DNA from: an uncultured Candidatus Poseidoniales archaeon
Lineage (GTDB): Archaea > Thermoplasmatota > Poseidoniia > Poseidoniales > Thalassarchaeaceae
Length of the DNA: 51,292 nucleotides
Assembly (NCBI GenBank): GCA_963990035.1
Contig: CAXDMJ010000006.1
Coordinates: 1 to 51,292 of the forward strand
Direction of reading: 5' to 3'
Position 1 is the stretch's first letter. Each line of letters starts with the position of its first letter. Of this stretch, positions 19,883 through 29,067 are shown in pieces. Below the pieces are notes generated by a model. The model was not told the DNA's origin, did not search any database, and was given only the letters and a program-made list of their open reading frames with translations. The position numbers were made by a program, and so were the translations under genes.

Positions 19883-20499
19883 TGAATGAAGGCTATATTT
19901 CAGTGTTAAATAAAATTGCTTCAGACTCTCCTACACCAGGTGGTGGGACTGTTGCTGCTCTGACATTATCTCATGCTAATTCTCTAGCAATGATGGTTGC
20001 AAGATTGACCTTAGGTAAAAGTAAGTGGGAAAATGGACAAGAAATCGCTAGTGAAGTTATAAAATTTTCAGAACATTCATTGAAAAAATCATTATCTCTT
20101 GCAAATGATGATGCTAAAGCATTTGATAAAGTCATGGATGCTTATAGATTACCAAAATCTAATGAAATGGAAATTAAACTACGAAAAGAGATGATATTAG
20201 CGGCAACCATAGGTGCAGCATCTACTCCCTCATTAATCGCTTTAGAAGGGGAAAAGTTACTGTCCAAATTACCTCATTTAGCAGAGTTTGGTAATGCTAA
20301 TGCAATTACTGACCTAGCAGCATCAGCTGAATTAGCCTACACTGCCGTTTATATTGCATCATTAAACGTAAAAATTAATGTTGATTCATTAGATAATGAA
20401 GAATTAAGTAAAATTCAAGAAATAACATTGTTAGTTCTCGCGGAATCTAAGGTATTATTGGATGAAATTCGTAATATTGTATCTAGAAGGATGGAGTAA
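19879..20499 (+). CDS. Formiminotetrahydrofolate cyclodeaminase
   Basis: ASDSPTPGGG, D..AF..VM.AY.LPK, GN.NAITD and NVKIN motifs. Confidence 0.9.
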   Translation: MMNEGYISVLNKIASDSPTPGGGTVAALTLSHANSLAMMVARLTLGKSKWENGQEIASEVIKFSEHSLKKSLSLANDDAKAFDKVMDAYRLPKSNEMEIKLRKEMILAATIGAASTPSLIALEGEKLLSKLPHLAEFGNANAITDLAASAELAYTAVYIASLNVKINVDSLDNEELSKIQEITLLVLAESKVLLDEIRNIVSRRME

Positions 20500-20500
20500 A

Positions 20501-22513
20501 ATGACAAAATTTATGGATGATTTTAATCATGGTATTCCATTAAAATTACCTCCAGCAAAGGAATATGATAAATCTGTAGATCATGCCCCTAAAAGACCCG
20601 CAGTTCTAAATAAAAAACAAAGAAAATTAGCAATAGCAAATGCATTGAGATATTTCCCCTCAGAGTGGCATGAGGAATTAGCTTTAGAGTTCAGTAATGA
20701 ATTGGAAGATTATGGCCATATCTACATGTATCGATTCAGACCTGATTATGAAATGTATGCACGTCCGATTAATGATTATCCTTATGCTGATAAAAAAGCA
20801 GGTTGTATCATGCTGATGATACAAAATAATTTAGATCCAAACATAGCTCAATATCCTCATGAATTAGTTACATATGGCGGCAATGGTACAGTATTCCAAA
20901 ATTGGATACAATATCGAATAACTATGCATTATTTGTCAATCATGAATGGAAGTCAAACATTAGTTATGTACTCAGGTCATCCACTTGGATTGTTCCCCTC
21001 ACATGATAATAGCCCACGTGTAGTGATTACTAATGGTATGACAATTCCCAATCATTCATCACAAAATGACTATGAAGTAATGAATGCTTTAGGTGTTACA
21101 CAATATGGTCAAATGACTGCTGGTTCCTACATGTATATTGGTCCACAAGGGATAGTACATGGCACTACCTTAACTATTCTTAACGCTGCAAGAAAGTATC
21201 TTGATTTCGATACCAAAAATGGATTGGGAGGATTACTCTATGTTACTTCTGGCCTAGGCGGGATGTCTGGAGCCCAAGCCAAAGCTGCAGTAATTACTGG
21301 AGCTGTTTCAATTATAGCTGATCCTAATCATTATGCTGCAAAGAAAAGGTATGAACAAGGTTGGTTATCAGAATTATTTGATAATTTAGATGATTTAATT
21401 AATAGAACAAAAGAATGTATTTCACAAAAAGAGGCTGTATCTCTTGGTTATGTAGGGAATATAATTGATGTTTGGGAACGATTAGATATAGAGAATATTA
21501 CTCCTGAATTAGGTAGTGACCAGACGAGTCTCCACAATCCATGGCTAGGCGGTTATACGCCCCATGGAATGAATTATGAGGAGATGAAAGAAATGATTAC
21601 AACTAATCCTGATGAATTCAGAATTAAGGTGAAAGCTAGTCTCGTTAGACATGTAGATGTTATCAATAAATTATCTGATAAGGGGATGTATTTTTGGGAT
21701 TATGGCAATGCATTCTTACTAGAAGCAGGACGGGCTGGTGCTGATGTATTTTCAGATAAAACACATTCAGGTTTTAGATATCCATCATATGTTGAAGATA
21801 TCATGGGCCCGATATGTTTCGACTATGGTTTTGGTCCATTTAGATGGGTATGCTCGTCTGGTAAAAATGAAGATTTAGTTGTTACTGACGAAATTGCATC
21901 TAAAGTTTTGAGAAGACTTGCAAATGATGCACCATCTGAAATTCAGAGTCAATTTTATGATAATATCCGATGGATAGAAAATGCTGAGGATAATGGATTA
22001 GTAGTAGGAAGTAAGGCAAGAATTCTTTATGCTGACGAGAGAGGAAGAGTTGAAATTGCTGAAGAATTTAATCAAGCAATAGCAGATGGAAGAATTTCAG
22101 CACCTATAATCTTGGGACGTGATCACCACGACGTTAGTGGCACGGATAGCCCATATCGAGAAACTGCTAATATCAGGGATGGATCTATGTTTACAGCCGA
22201 TATGGCTGTTCAAAATTTCATTGGTGACTCATTTAGAGGAGCTACATGGGTAAGTCTTCACAACGGTGGAGGTGTTGGTTGGGGTGAAGTCGTTAATGGA
22301 GGGTTCGGCTTAGTTATTGATGGTAGTGAACAATCACATTCTAATATTAATTCAATGTTATCTTGGGATGTTAATAACGGCATAGCGAGACGTGCTTGGG
22401 CACAGAATCCCGAGGCTAAATTTGCAATTCAAAGAGCGATGGATATCGATGAAAATCTAACTGTTACAGTTGCAAGTGATGTATCGAAGAGTTTACTTGA
22501 AAGAATACCCTGA
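20501..22513 (+). CDS. hutU: Urocanate hydratase (long form)
   Basis: GQMTAGSYMYIGPQGI, GLGGMSGAQ, SDQTS.H, GRDHHD and HNGGGVGWG motifs; GGAG RBS before ATG 20501. Confidence 0.96.
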   Translation: MTKFMDDFNHGIPLKLPPAKEYDKSVDHAPKRPAVLNKKQRKLAIANALRYFPSEWHEELALEFSNELEDYGHIYMYRFRPDYEMYARPINDYPYADKKAGCIMLMIQNNLDPNIAQYPHELVTYGGNGTVFQNWIQYRITMHYLSIMNGSQTLVMYSGHPLGLFPSHDNSPRVVITNGMTIPNHSSQNDYEVMNALGVTQYGQMTAGSYMYIGPQGIVHGTTLTILNAARKYLDFDTKNGLGGLLYVTSGLGGMSGAQAKAAVITGAVSIIADPNHYAAKKRYEQGWLSELFDNLDDLINRTKECISQKEAVSLGYVGNIIDVWERLDIENITPELGSDQTSLHNPWLGGYTPHGMNYEEMKEMITTNPDEFRIKVKASLVRHVDVINKLSDKGMYFWDYGNAFLLEAGRAGADVFSDKTHSGFRYPSYVEDIMGPICFDYGFGPFRWVCSSGKNEDLVVTDEIASKVLRRLANDAPSEIQSQFYDNIRWIENAEDNGLVVGSKARILYADERGRVEIAEEFNQAIADGRISAPIILGRDHHDVSGTDSPYRETANIRDGSMFTADMAVQNFIGDSFRGATWVSLHNGGGVGWGEVVNGGFGLVIDGSEQSHSNINSMLSWDVNNGIARRAWAQNPEAKFAIQRAMDIDENLTVTVASDVSKSLLERIP

Positions 22514-22522
22514 GGTGAACTG

Positions 22523-24058
22523 ATGGTAGATATCGAGATAGTAATAGATGGGCATTCATTAACATTAGAACAGATAATGTCAATCAAAGATATGAATACT
22601 CAAGTAAGACTTTCTCAAGACTCAATGACTTCAATTATTGAATCAAGAAAATTAGTGGACCAAATAGTCTCTAGTGGAGAAGTTGTTTACGGGATTAATA
22701 CTGGCTTTGGGGCATTATCTAACGTCACAATCCCATCTGAACAACTTGAGCAATTACAAACTAATCTGATTCGCTCTCATGCTTGTGGAGTTGGTGATAA
22801 AATGGACCCTGATTCTGTATTGATGATGATGTTGGTTCGTGTCAATTCATTAGCCAAAGGATATTCAGGAGCAAGATTAGAATTAGTTCAACTTTTAATC
22901 GATATGATTAACAATCGAATATCGCCAATAATCCCTAGAATAGGATCTTTAGGTGCTTCTGGAGACCTTGCACCCCTTTCCCATATGACATTAGCAATGA
23001 TGGGTGAAAGTCAATCTCAAATTCAATCCAATGAAGGGGAATGGAGTACGGGAAATTCGAGTGAAATACTAGAGAATTGCGGATTATCTGCAATTACTTT
23101 GAAAGCTAAAGAGGGGCTATCATTGATTAATGGAACAAGTCAAATGTGTAGTTATTTATGTCAAAGTATAATTAATTGTGAGAAGCTAATATTTTCTGCT
23201 GATGCTGCCTTAGCAACATCGATTGAAGCCATAAAAGGGTCCTATGTTGCATTTGATCATAGGATTCATGACGTGAGACCACAGTATGGGCAATCTATTT
23301 CAGCCAGTAGAATTAGAAGTTTTTTAACTGATTCTGACATTAATATCTCTCATATTGATTGTGGCCGTGTTCAGGATTCTTATTCATTTCGATGTGGTCC
23401 TCAAGTTCATGGGCCAATGATTGATATTCTTCGAGAAGCACGAAGAATTTTATCGATTGAAATTAATTCTGCTACGGATAATCCGTTAGTATTCTCAAAT
23501 AATGGTAAGGCGGAAGTAATTAGTGGTGGAAATTTCCATGGACAAATATTAGCTCTTGTAAGCGATAATATGGCAATTTGCATACATGAAATTGCGAGCA
23601 TATCTGAAAGAAGAATCAATCAAGTTTTAGATCCACAATGGAGCAATCAGAAGGCATTTCTTGGAAATAATGAAGGTTTAGACAGTGGGTTAATGATAGT
23701 ACAATATGTTGCTGCAGCAGTAATCGCCGAACTATCATTATTAGCTAACCCTGTAACTACTACCAATATATCTGTAAGTATGGGTAAAGAAGATCATGTA
23801 TCTATGGGAGCTACTGGAGCATATCGAACATTCAAAGCAAGTAAACTGCTATCTAGTGTAATATCCAGTGAACTTATTTGCGCTTGTCAAGCATTAGATA
23901 ATATTCCAGAGAATGCATCTTCATCTGTTATGATAATTCAGTCATGGCTTAGAAAATATGTCCCAATATTAATTGAAGATAGAAGTACCTCTAAAGATAC
24001 AGATATTATTGCTGAAAAATTATTATCTTCTGAATTTACAGATATTTTTAGGAGTTGA
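22523..24058 (+). CDS. hutH: Histidine ammonia-lyase
   Basis: YGINTGFG, SH, MIO-forming ASG (GASGDL), QDSYSFRC, GGNFHG and EDHVSMG motifs. Confidence 0.95.
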   Translation: MVDIEIVIDGHSLTLEQIMSIKDMNTQVRLSQDSMTSIIESRKLVDQIVSSGEVVYGINTGFGALSNVTIPSEQLEQLQTNLIRSHACGVGDKMDPDSVLMMMLVRVNSLAKGYSGARLELVQLLIDMINNRISPIIPRIGSLGASGDLAPLSHMTLAMMGESQSQIQSNEGEWSTGNSSEILENCGLSAITLKAKEGLSLINGTSQMCSYLCQSIINCEKLIFSADAALATSIEAIKGSYVAFDHRIHDVRPQYGQSISASRIRSFLTDSDINISHIDCGRVQDSYSFRCGPQVHGPMIDILREARRILSIEINSATDNPLVFSNNGKAEVISGGNFHGQILALVSDNMAICIHEIASISERRINQVLDPQWSNQKAFLGNNEGLDSGLMIVQYVAAAVIAELSLLANPVTTTNISVSMGKEDHVSMGATGAYRTFKASKLLSSVISSELICACQALDNIPENASSSVMIIQSWLRKYVPILIEDRSTSKDTDIIAEKLLSSEFTDIFRS

Positions 24059-24789
24059 AACAGTTGCAAGAAAAATTGCATATGACTCAACACCCAGGTA
24101 CAAATCCACCATTATTCACCACTACAATAGAGGATATTGTAGATGAAAACTTATACTTAAAAGAAACATTTTGTTTTCCAAGAGGCGGTGGACAACAAGG
24201 GGATACAGGAATTATATCCAACTCTAAAGTAAAGGCAGATTTGCTCGAAACAATGCCTGGAGATTTAATATCACATCCACTTAATTCTGTGAAAGGGTTC
24301 AACGTAGGAGATATGATTGATTGCCAAATAAATCAGGAAAGAAGGAATAAGAATACAACAATGCATACTGTACAGCATATTGTTTCTGCTTTAGCGAATG
24401 ATTTGTTTGCAGCAGAAACAGTAGGTAATCAGATAAGCGAGGAGTATACAAGAATTGATTTACTTTTTCCAGATAGAGACAAGTTCTCATCAACTGATCT
24501 TGAACAATCAGTAAACGATGTGATTAATTCACAAAAAGAAGTAAGGATACATAATTGGGACAGAGAAACAATATTGTCCCATGAACAAATGAGACATACG
24601 AAATTCATGGATAGAATACCTGCTAGTATTACTGAACTAAGAGTTGTTGAAATAGCAGACATTGATCTATGCCCTTGCGGAGGTACACATGTTGGCAATA
24701 CATCTGAATTAAATCTAATGAATATTACAAATGTTAAATCAAAAGGCTCTGGAAAATTGAGATTAAGCTATAACTTGAATAATCTTTAA
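24055..24789 (+). CDS. alaX: Alanyl-tRNA editing protein AlaX
   Basis: P.GGGQ..DTG, HTVQH (HxxxH) and CGGTH (CxxxH) Zn motifs. Confidence 0.9.
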   Translation: MKQLQEKLHMTQHPGTNPPLFTTTIEDIVDENLYLKETFCFPRGGGQQGDTGIISNSKVKADLLETMPGDLISHPLNSVKGFNVGDMIDCQINQERRNKNTTMHTVQHIVSALANDLFAAETVGNQISEEYTRIDLLFPDRDKFSSTDLEQSVNDVINSQKEVRIHNWDRETILSHEQMRHTKFMDRIPASITELRVVEIADIDLCPCGGTHVGNTSELNLMNITNVKSKGSGKLRLSYNLNNL

Positions 24790-24806
24790 CATAGATATGT
24801 AGTTAC

Positions 24807-24882
24807 TGGTGGGCTCGGCAGGAATTGAACCTGCGATCTCCACCATGTCAAGGTGGCGTCATAACCCCTAGACCACGAGCCC
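24807..24882 (-). tRNA. tRNA-Val(GAC), intronless, CCA encoded
   Basis: Reverse complement GGGCTCGTGGTCTAGGGGTTATGACGCCACCTTGACATGGTGGAGATCGCAGGTTCAATTCCTGCCGAGCCCACCA folds as a cloverleaf with anticodon GAC. Confidence 0.97.
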
Positions 24883-24937
24883 AGTATTTGATTGGGAGAA
24901 TCAACCCCTGATGAATGATTCTCTCCGTATATTAGAA

Positions 24938-25087
24938 TTAGCTAATTATCTTAGATAGCTTTCCGTCACAATTTAGTCGTGAACATAAGCCAGATACTCT
25001 GGTTCTACCATTAGACATAACAATTTTTTTCGCAGATCTAACTGTGACTGTATTTTTACATTTCATACAATAGGCCTGATAAGACAT
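24938..25087 (-). CDS. Small zinc-ribbon protein (DUF5679-like, 49 aa)
   Basis: MSYQAYCMKCKNTVTVRSAKKIVMSNGRTRVSGLCSRLNCDGKLSKIIS; AYCxKC...NG....G.C...C pattern. Not in the ORF track. Confidence 0.75.
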   Translation of the reverse strand: MSYQAYCMKCKNTVTVRSAKKIVMSNGRTRVSGLCSRLNCDGKLSKIIS

Positions 25088-25379
25088 CACAAATATCTCT
25101 ACTAAGCCTACACAACTAAACCTTGCTAATACCCCCTCCTATAGGCTCGGAAATACCTTTTATTGCATAAACGTTGTACTGCAAGGCTATTTGGGTCAGG
25201 ACTAGTAATTCTTTTTCTGATAACTACCATTATCAGCCATACATGCATCGGTGTTTTGTAACGATATCTGCATAAGAACATCACAATAAAAAAATTATGG
25301 AATTATGTGTATTGATTAATCCCTAAAGAAAATACGAATGAGCGTTAAAATAAAACATTGTATGAAACGTTGTTTACAG

Positions 25380-26651
25380 TTATACAAGGCCACCGGAAAA
25401 AATAGTTTTTTCTATTGGGGACATTCCAGGTGTTTGACACCAATGATCTAAATATTTACTTTTGAGAATATTAAGGTCAGCAGGTCCACCTTCGTATAAT
25501 GAACCAACATCATGATTCATTTCTTGATTTAATGTTGATGCAGGGTTACGGGTACAGGCGACTAATGTAGCCAATGGATCGATTCCTAACCTATGAGTTG
25601 CAAGACTGGCGACAAATGGTAATGACAAAGTTTGACAATTAGGATTGAAATCAGTTGCAAGAGAAAAATTCCAATTATGCTCTAAACAATCATTTATCCC
25701 ATTACCTAGATGTTTTCCTAACACATAGGGTGTGCCTGGTAAGAATACTTGCATAGTTCCAGAATGATGTGCCTTTGATCTAGAGTCTAAATTACTGAAA
25801 CCAACATGATCAGCACTACTACTGCCTAACTCTGCAGCAAGAGCAAGTCCATTTGAGTCTACAAATTCATCAACATGTAATCTGCTTTTCAACCCTAATT
25901 CTTTAGAAGCATTAACGATTAATTCTGTTTGCTCTAGATTATACCATCCTGGCTCACAAAATACATCTACCCAAATTGCTAGTTTATTTTCAGCAACATG
26001 AGGTAATTGCTCTGTAATTAATTCTTCAATATACTCATCTTTACTTTTTCCTTTAGGGAAATCATGTGCACCTAACCATGTTGGTAGTAAATTACATTTA
26101 TCTTCTAAAATTTCAGATGATGCTTCAAGAAGTTTAATCTCACTATCAAGAGATAAACCATAACCACTTTTTGCTTCAAGAGTAGTTGTGCCATACATAG
26201 AGGCTTGATTTATTCTTTCTTGACCAATAGTAATTAGTTGTTCTTTAGATGAATTTCTAGTAGATTCAACTGTTCTACTAATACCTCCTCCAAACTTAGA
26301 TATCTCTTGATAAGTTTGACCATTTTGACGCATGATCATTTCATTAGAGCGATCGCCGGTCCATAACAAATGTGTGTGACAATCAATAAGTCCTGGAATA
26401 ATTGCATTACCATTAGCATCAATTAGATTTACTAAATCAGACTTACCATCAGAAAAATCAGGAATATATTCTTGTATTAATTCTTCTTGATTGGAAATTT
26501 TTTTGATTATACCTTCTGATATTAGGATAGCATTACCAGCTTCTAAAGTCAGTTTTTCCCTGTCAGACATTTCTGTACCAGATAGAGGTTTAGAAACATC
26601 TCCATATGACAAAGTGGCGATTTCTCCGATGTTGTATAACAGGAGATCCAT
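25380..26651 (-). CDS. hutI: Imidazolonepropionase
   Basis: PGLIDCHTH, GTTTLEAKSGYG, LGAH, DVFCE, HVDE and ATDFNP motifs. Confidence 0.95.
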   Translation of the reverse strand: MDLLLYNIGEIATLSYGDVSKPLSGTEMSDREKLTLEAGNAILISEGIIKKISNQEELIQEYIPDFSDGKSDLVNLIDANGNAIIPGLIDCHTHLLWTGDRSNEMIMRQNGQTYQEISKFGGGISRTVESTRNSSKEQLITIGQERINQASMYGTTTLEAKSGYGLSLDSEIKLLEASSEILEDKCNLLPTWLGAHDFPKGKSKDEYIEELITEQLPHVAENKLAIWVDVFCEPGWYNLEQTELIVNASKELGLKSRLHVDEFVDSNGLALAAELGSSSADHVGFSNLDSRSKAHHSGTMQVFLPGTPYVLGKHLGNGINDCLEHNWNFSLATDFNPNCQTLSLPFVASLATHRLGIDPLATLVACTRNPASTLNQEMNHDVGSLYEGGPADLNILKSKYLDHWCQTPGMSPIEKTIFSGGLV

Positions 26652-26702
26652 GACACCGGACAGGAGTGATGCTTGAAAGGGCTCTCCTCTTCGCCTATGC
26701 TA

Positions 26703-27710
26703 ATGGGCATTATTTTAGGCATAGAAAGTACAGCCCATACATTCTCTTTTGGTGGTGTGTCTACAAACGGAGAGACTATCCAATCTACATCTGCATTATT
26801 TCGACCAGAGACAGGGGGAATACACCCGAGGGAAGCTGCAGATCACCATTCACTAATTTCTGGTAAGAAATTTAAAGAATTTATAGTCGATAATAATTTG
26901 CAATTAAATCAAATTGATGCGATTGCTTACAGTCAAGGACCTGGTTTAGGGCCATGTTTGAGGGTAGGGGCATCTGTGGCACGCTCATTATCAGAAAAAT
27001 TGTCAGTACCACTAATCGGTGTAAATCACTGTGTTGCGCATATAGAAATAGGTAGACTCCAAACTGGTTGTGATGACCCAGTCCTGCTATACGTTAGTGG
27101 AGGTAATACTCAAGTAATTGCTAGGAAAGGGGGGAGATATCGAGTAATAGGTGAAACTTTAGATATTGGTATCGGAAATATGCTAGATAAATTCGCCAGG
27201 ACACAAGGAATTCCATTCCCTGGCGGGCCTAAGATAGAACAATTAGCCTTAGAATGGGAGAGGCTTAATCCAACAACTAGTCTCGATAATATTATCTTAC
27301 CATATTCTGTACAAGGCATGGATCTTTCATTCTCAGGGATACTAACAGCAGCTATACAGAAAATTAATGATGGACATCCATTAGAAGAAGTATGCTGGTC
27401 ACTCCAAGAACACACATTTTCAAGTTGTATAGAAGTTGCTGAAAGGGCATTAGCTCATACAGGGAAAAAAGAATTACTATTAGGTGGAGGAGTTGCCTGT
27501 AATGAACGAATAAGAACTATGTCGAAATTAATGTGCAATGATCGTGGAGCAGTGGCTCATTGGCCCGAAAAACAATACTGCGTAGATAATGGTACAATGA
27601 TAGCAGAACTTGGCCGAAAGATGTTAAAACATGATTTAGTGACTAAATTAGAGGATAGTGCCATCGATCCTTCAATGAGAACAGACCATGCAGAAGTTGT
27701 ATGGAAGTGA
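26703..27710 (+). CDS. kae1: tRNA N6-adenosine threonylcarbamoyltransferase (Kae1/TsaD)
   Basis: LGIESTAH, GGIHPREAA.HH, GPGL, HCVAHIE, SGGNT, GGVACN and DNG.MIA motifs; not fused to Bud32. Confidence 0.95.
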   Translation: MGIILGIESTAHTFSFGGVSTNGETIQSTSALFRPETGGIHPREAADHHSLISGKKFKEFIVDNNLQLNQIDAIAYSQGPGLGPCLRVGASVARSLSEKLSVPLIGVNHCVAHIEIGRLQTGCDDPVLLYVSGGNTQVIARKGGRYRVIGETLDIGIGNMLDKFARTQGIPFPGGPKIEQLALEWERLNPTTSLDNIILPYSVQGMDLSFSGILTAAIQKINDGHPLEEVCWSLQEHTFSSCIEVAERALAHTGKKELLLGGGVACNERIRTMSKLMCNDRGAVAHWPEKQYCVDNGTMIAELGRKMLKHDLVTKLEDSAIDPSMRTDHAEVVWK

Positions 27711-27755
27711 TTTGCCACCTAAGAAGGCTTATCTAAGGCACTTGAGGGCCGTGTA

Positions 27756-28565
27756 ATGGAGATTGAGTACTTGAGAGGAGGACGAAGACGTGGCCCGCCT
27801 AGAAGGGCACCAAAAAATGTCTTCAGTCGAGGGGCAACTAAAGAGCCAAAAAAACCTCAACCAGTATCTCTTCCAACACCTTCTGAACCTAGGTTCGCAA
27901 CACCACCACCAAAGGCTCCAGTAAGTCTGCCTAAGCCGGCAGTTAAGGAAGTAAAAAAAACTACAAAGAAGAAAAAAGTAATTAAAGAAATTGTTGAGAA
28001 GGTTGTAGAAGAGAAAGTTGTTGTTGAAGAAGTCATAACTCCAGTGCAAGATAAAGAGGAAGTTATTTCTAAAGAAATCATAACAGATCAAATTCTTGGT
28101 AATATCCCTAAGAAAAGTCGTGGACTGAAGCAAATTAAGAAAAAGCATGTCGTTAAAGAGACTAATGTTCAGAGCGATAGGGCTGCAGCATTAATTGAAC
28201 AAAGTCGTAAAAGAGCTATGGTACCATTACCAAACAAAGTAGTTCCTGAGAAAAAAGTAGCTAAACCTGCATTCAAAAGACGCAGGGCACCAAAATCTAG
28301 TTATCAACCAGCGAATAGAGCTAAGAGGCTTAATCGAAGTAGACATATGGAATACAAATATGAAATGCGTAAATTATTACAAGATATTAAGGTCTCTGAA
28401 GAACATAGATCAAGTCTTCTGGGAACAATTTGGGCAAAAGGCGAAAGGCAAACTACAGCAGATGCAAAATCTTGGTTACATGAAAAATTTGATGAGGGTG
28501 CAATCAATGAGGAACAAAAGTCAAGACTTGAGAAGGTCATTGATGATTATACAATAAGAAGGTGA
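27756..28565 (+). CDS. Hypothetical basic low-complexity protein
   Basis: 269 aa; K/P/V/E-rich N-terminal region and a helical-looking C-terminal domain; the RBS of the next gene overlaps its stop. Confidence 0.75.
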   Translation: MEIEYLRGGRRRGPPRRAPKNVFSRGATKEPKKPQPVSLPTPSEPRFATPPPKAPVSLPKPAVKEVKKTTKKKKVIKEIVEKVVEEKVVVEEVITPVQDKEEVISKEIITDQILGNIPKKSRGLKQIKKKHVVKETNVQSDRAAALIEQSRKRAMVPLPNKVVPEKKVAKPAFKRRRAPKSSYQPANRAKRLNRSRHMEYKYEMRKLLQDIKVSEEHRSSLLGTIWAKGERQTTADAKSWLHEKFDEGAINEEQKSRLEKVIDDYTIRR

Positions 28566-28569
28566 GAAT

Positions 28570-29049
28570 ATGATAGTAGAAAATAATACAGTAGTAGCAG
28601 TGCATTATCATGGATATTTCCATGGAACCGAAGAAGTATTCGACAGTTCATTGGAGAGAGAACCACTGACATTCCTTGTAGGACATGGACAAATGATTCC
28701 TGGATTTGAAGCAGAAGTATTAGGGGCTGAAATTGGTGAAAAAAGAACCTTTACTCTAGAGCCTGATAGAGCATATGGACATCGCGAAGAAGATAGAGTA
28801 ATGTCAATGCCAATTGGTGATTTCCCAGATGAAATCGAGATAGGAATGAAGTTCCAAGCAGAAGTACAAGGTATGCCTATGCCATTCGAGATAATTACCA
28901 TCAATGAAGAAACAGTTGATTGTGATTTTAATCATCCAATGGCCGGTAAGACTCTAACGTTTGATGTAGAAATCATTTCTGTGAGAGTTGCTGGAGAAGA
29001 AGAAATATCTCATGGGCATGTCCATGGCGATGGTGGACATCACCACTAA
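28570..29049 (+). CDS. slyD: FKBP-type peptidyl-prolyl isomerase SlyD
   Basis: FDSS, G.GQMIPGFE, AYG and DFNHPMAGK.L.F motifs; His-rich tail HGHVHGDGGHHH. Confidence 0.93.
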   Translation: MIVENNTVVAVHYHGYFHGTEEVFDSSLEREPLTFLVGHGQMIPGFEAEVLGAEIGEKRTFTLEPDRAYGHREEDRVMSMPIGDFPDEIEIGMKFQAEVQGMPMPFEIITINEETVDCDFNHPMAGKTLTFDVEIISVRVAGEEEISHGHVHGDGGHHH

Positions 29050-29067
29050 GCAAATCACATAATTCAT

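Noticed and set aside
24807-25380. tRNA-Val as the attachment site of an integrated element
   Set aside because: No integrase and no duplicate of the tRNA 3' end was noticed; hut genes lie on both sides.
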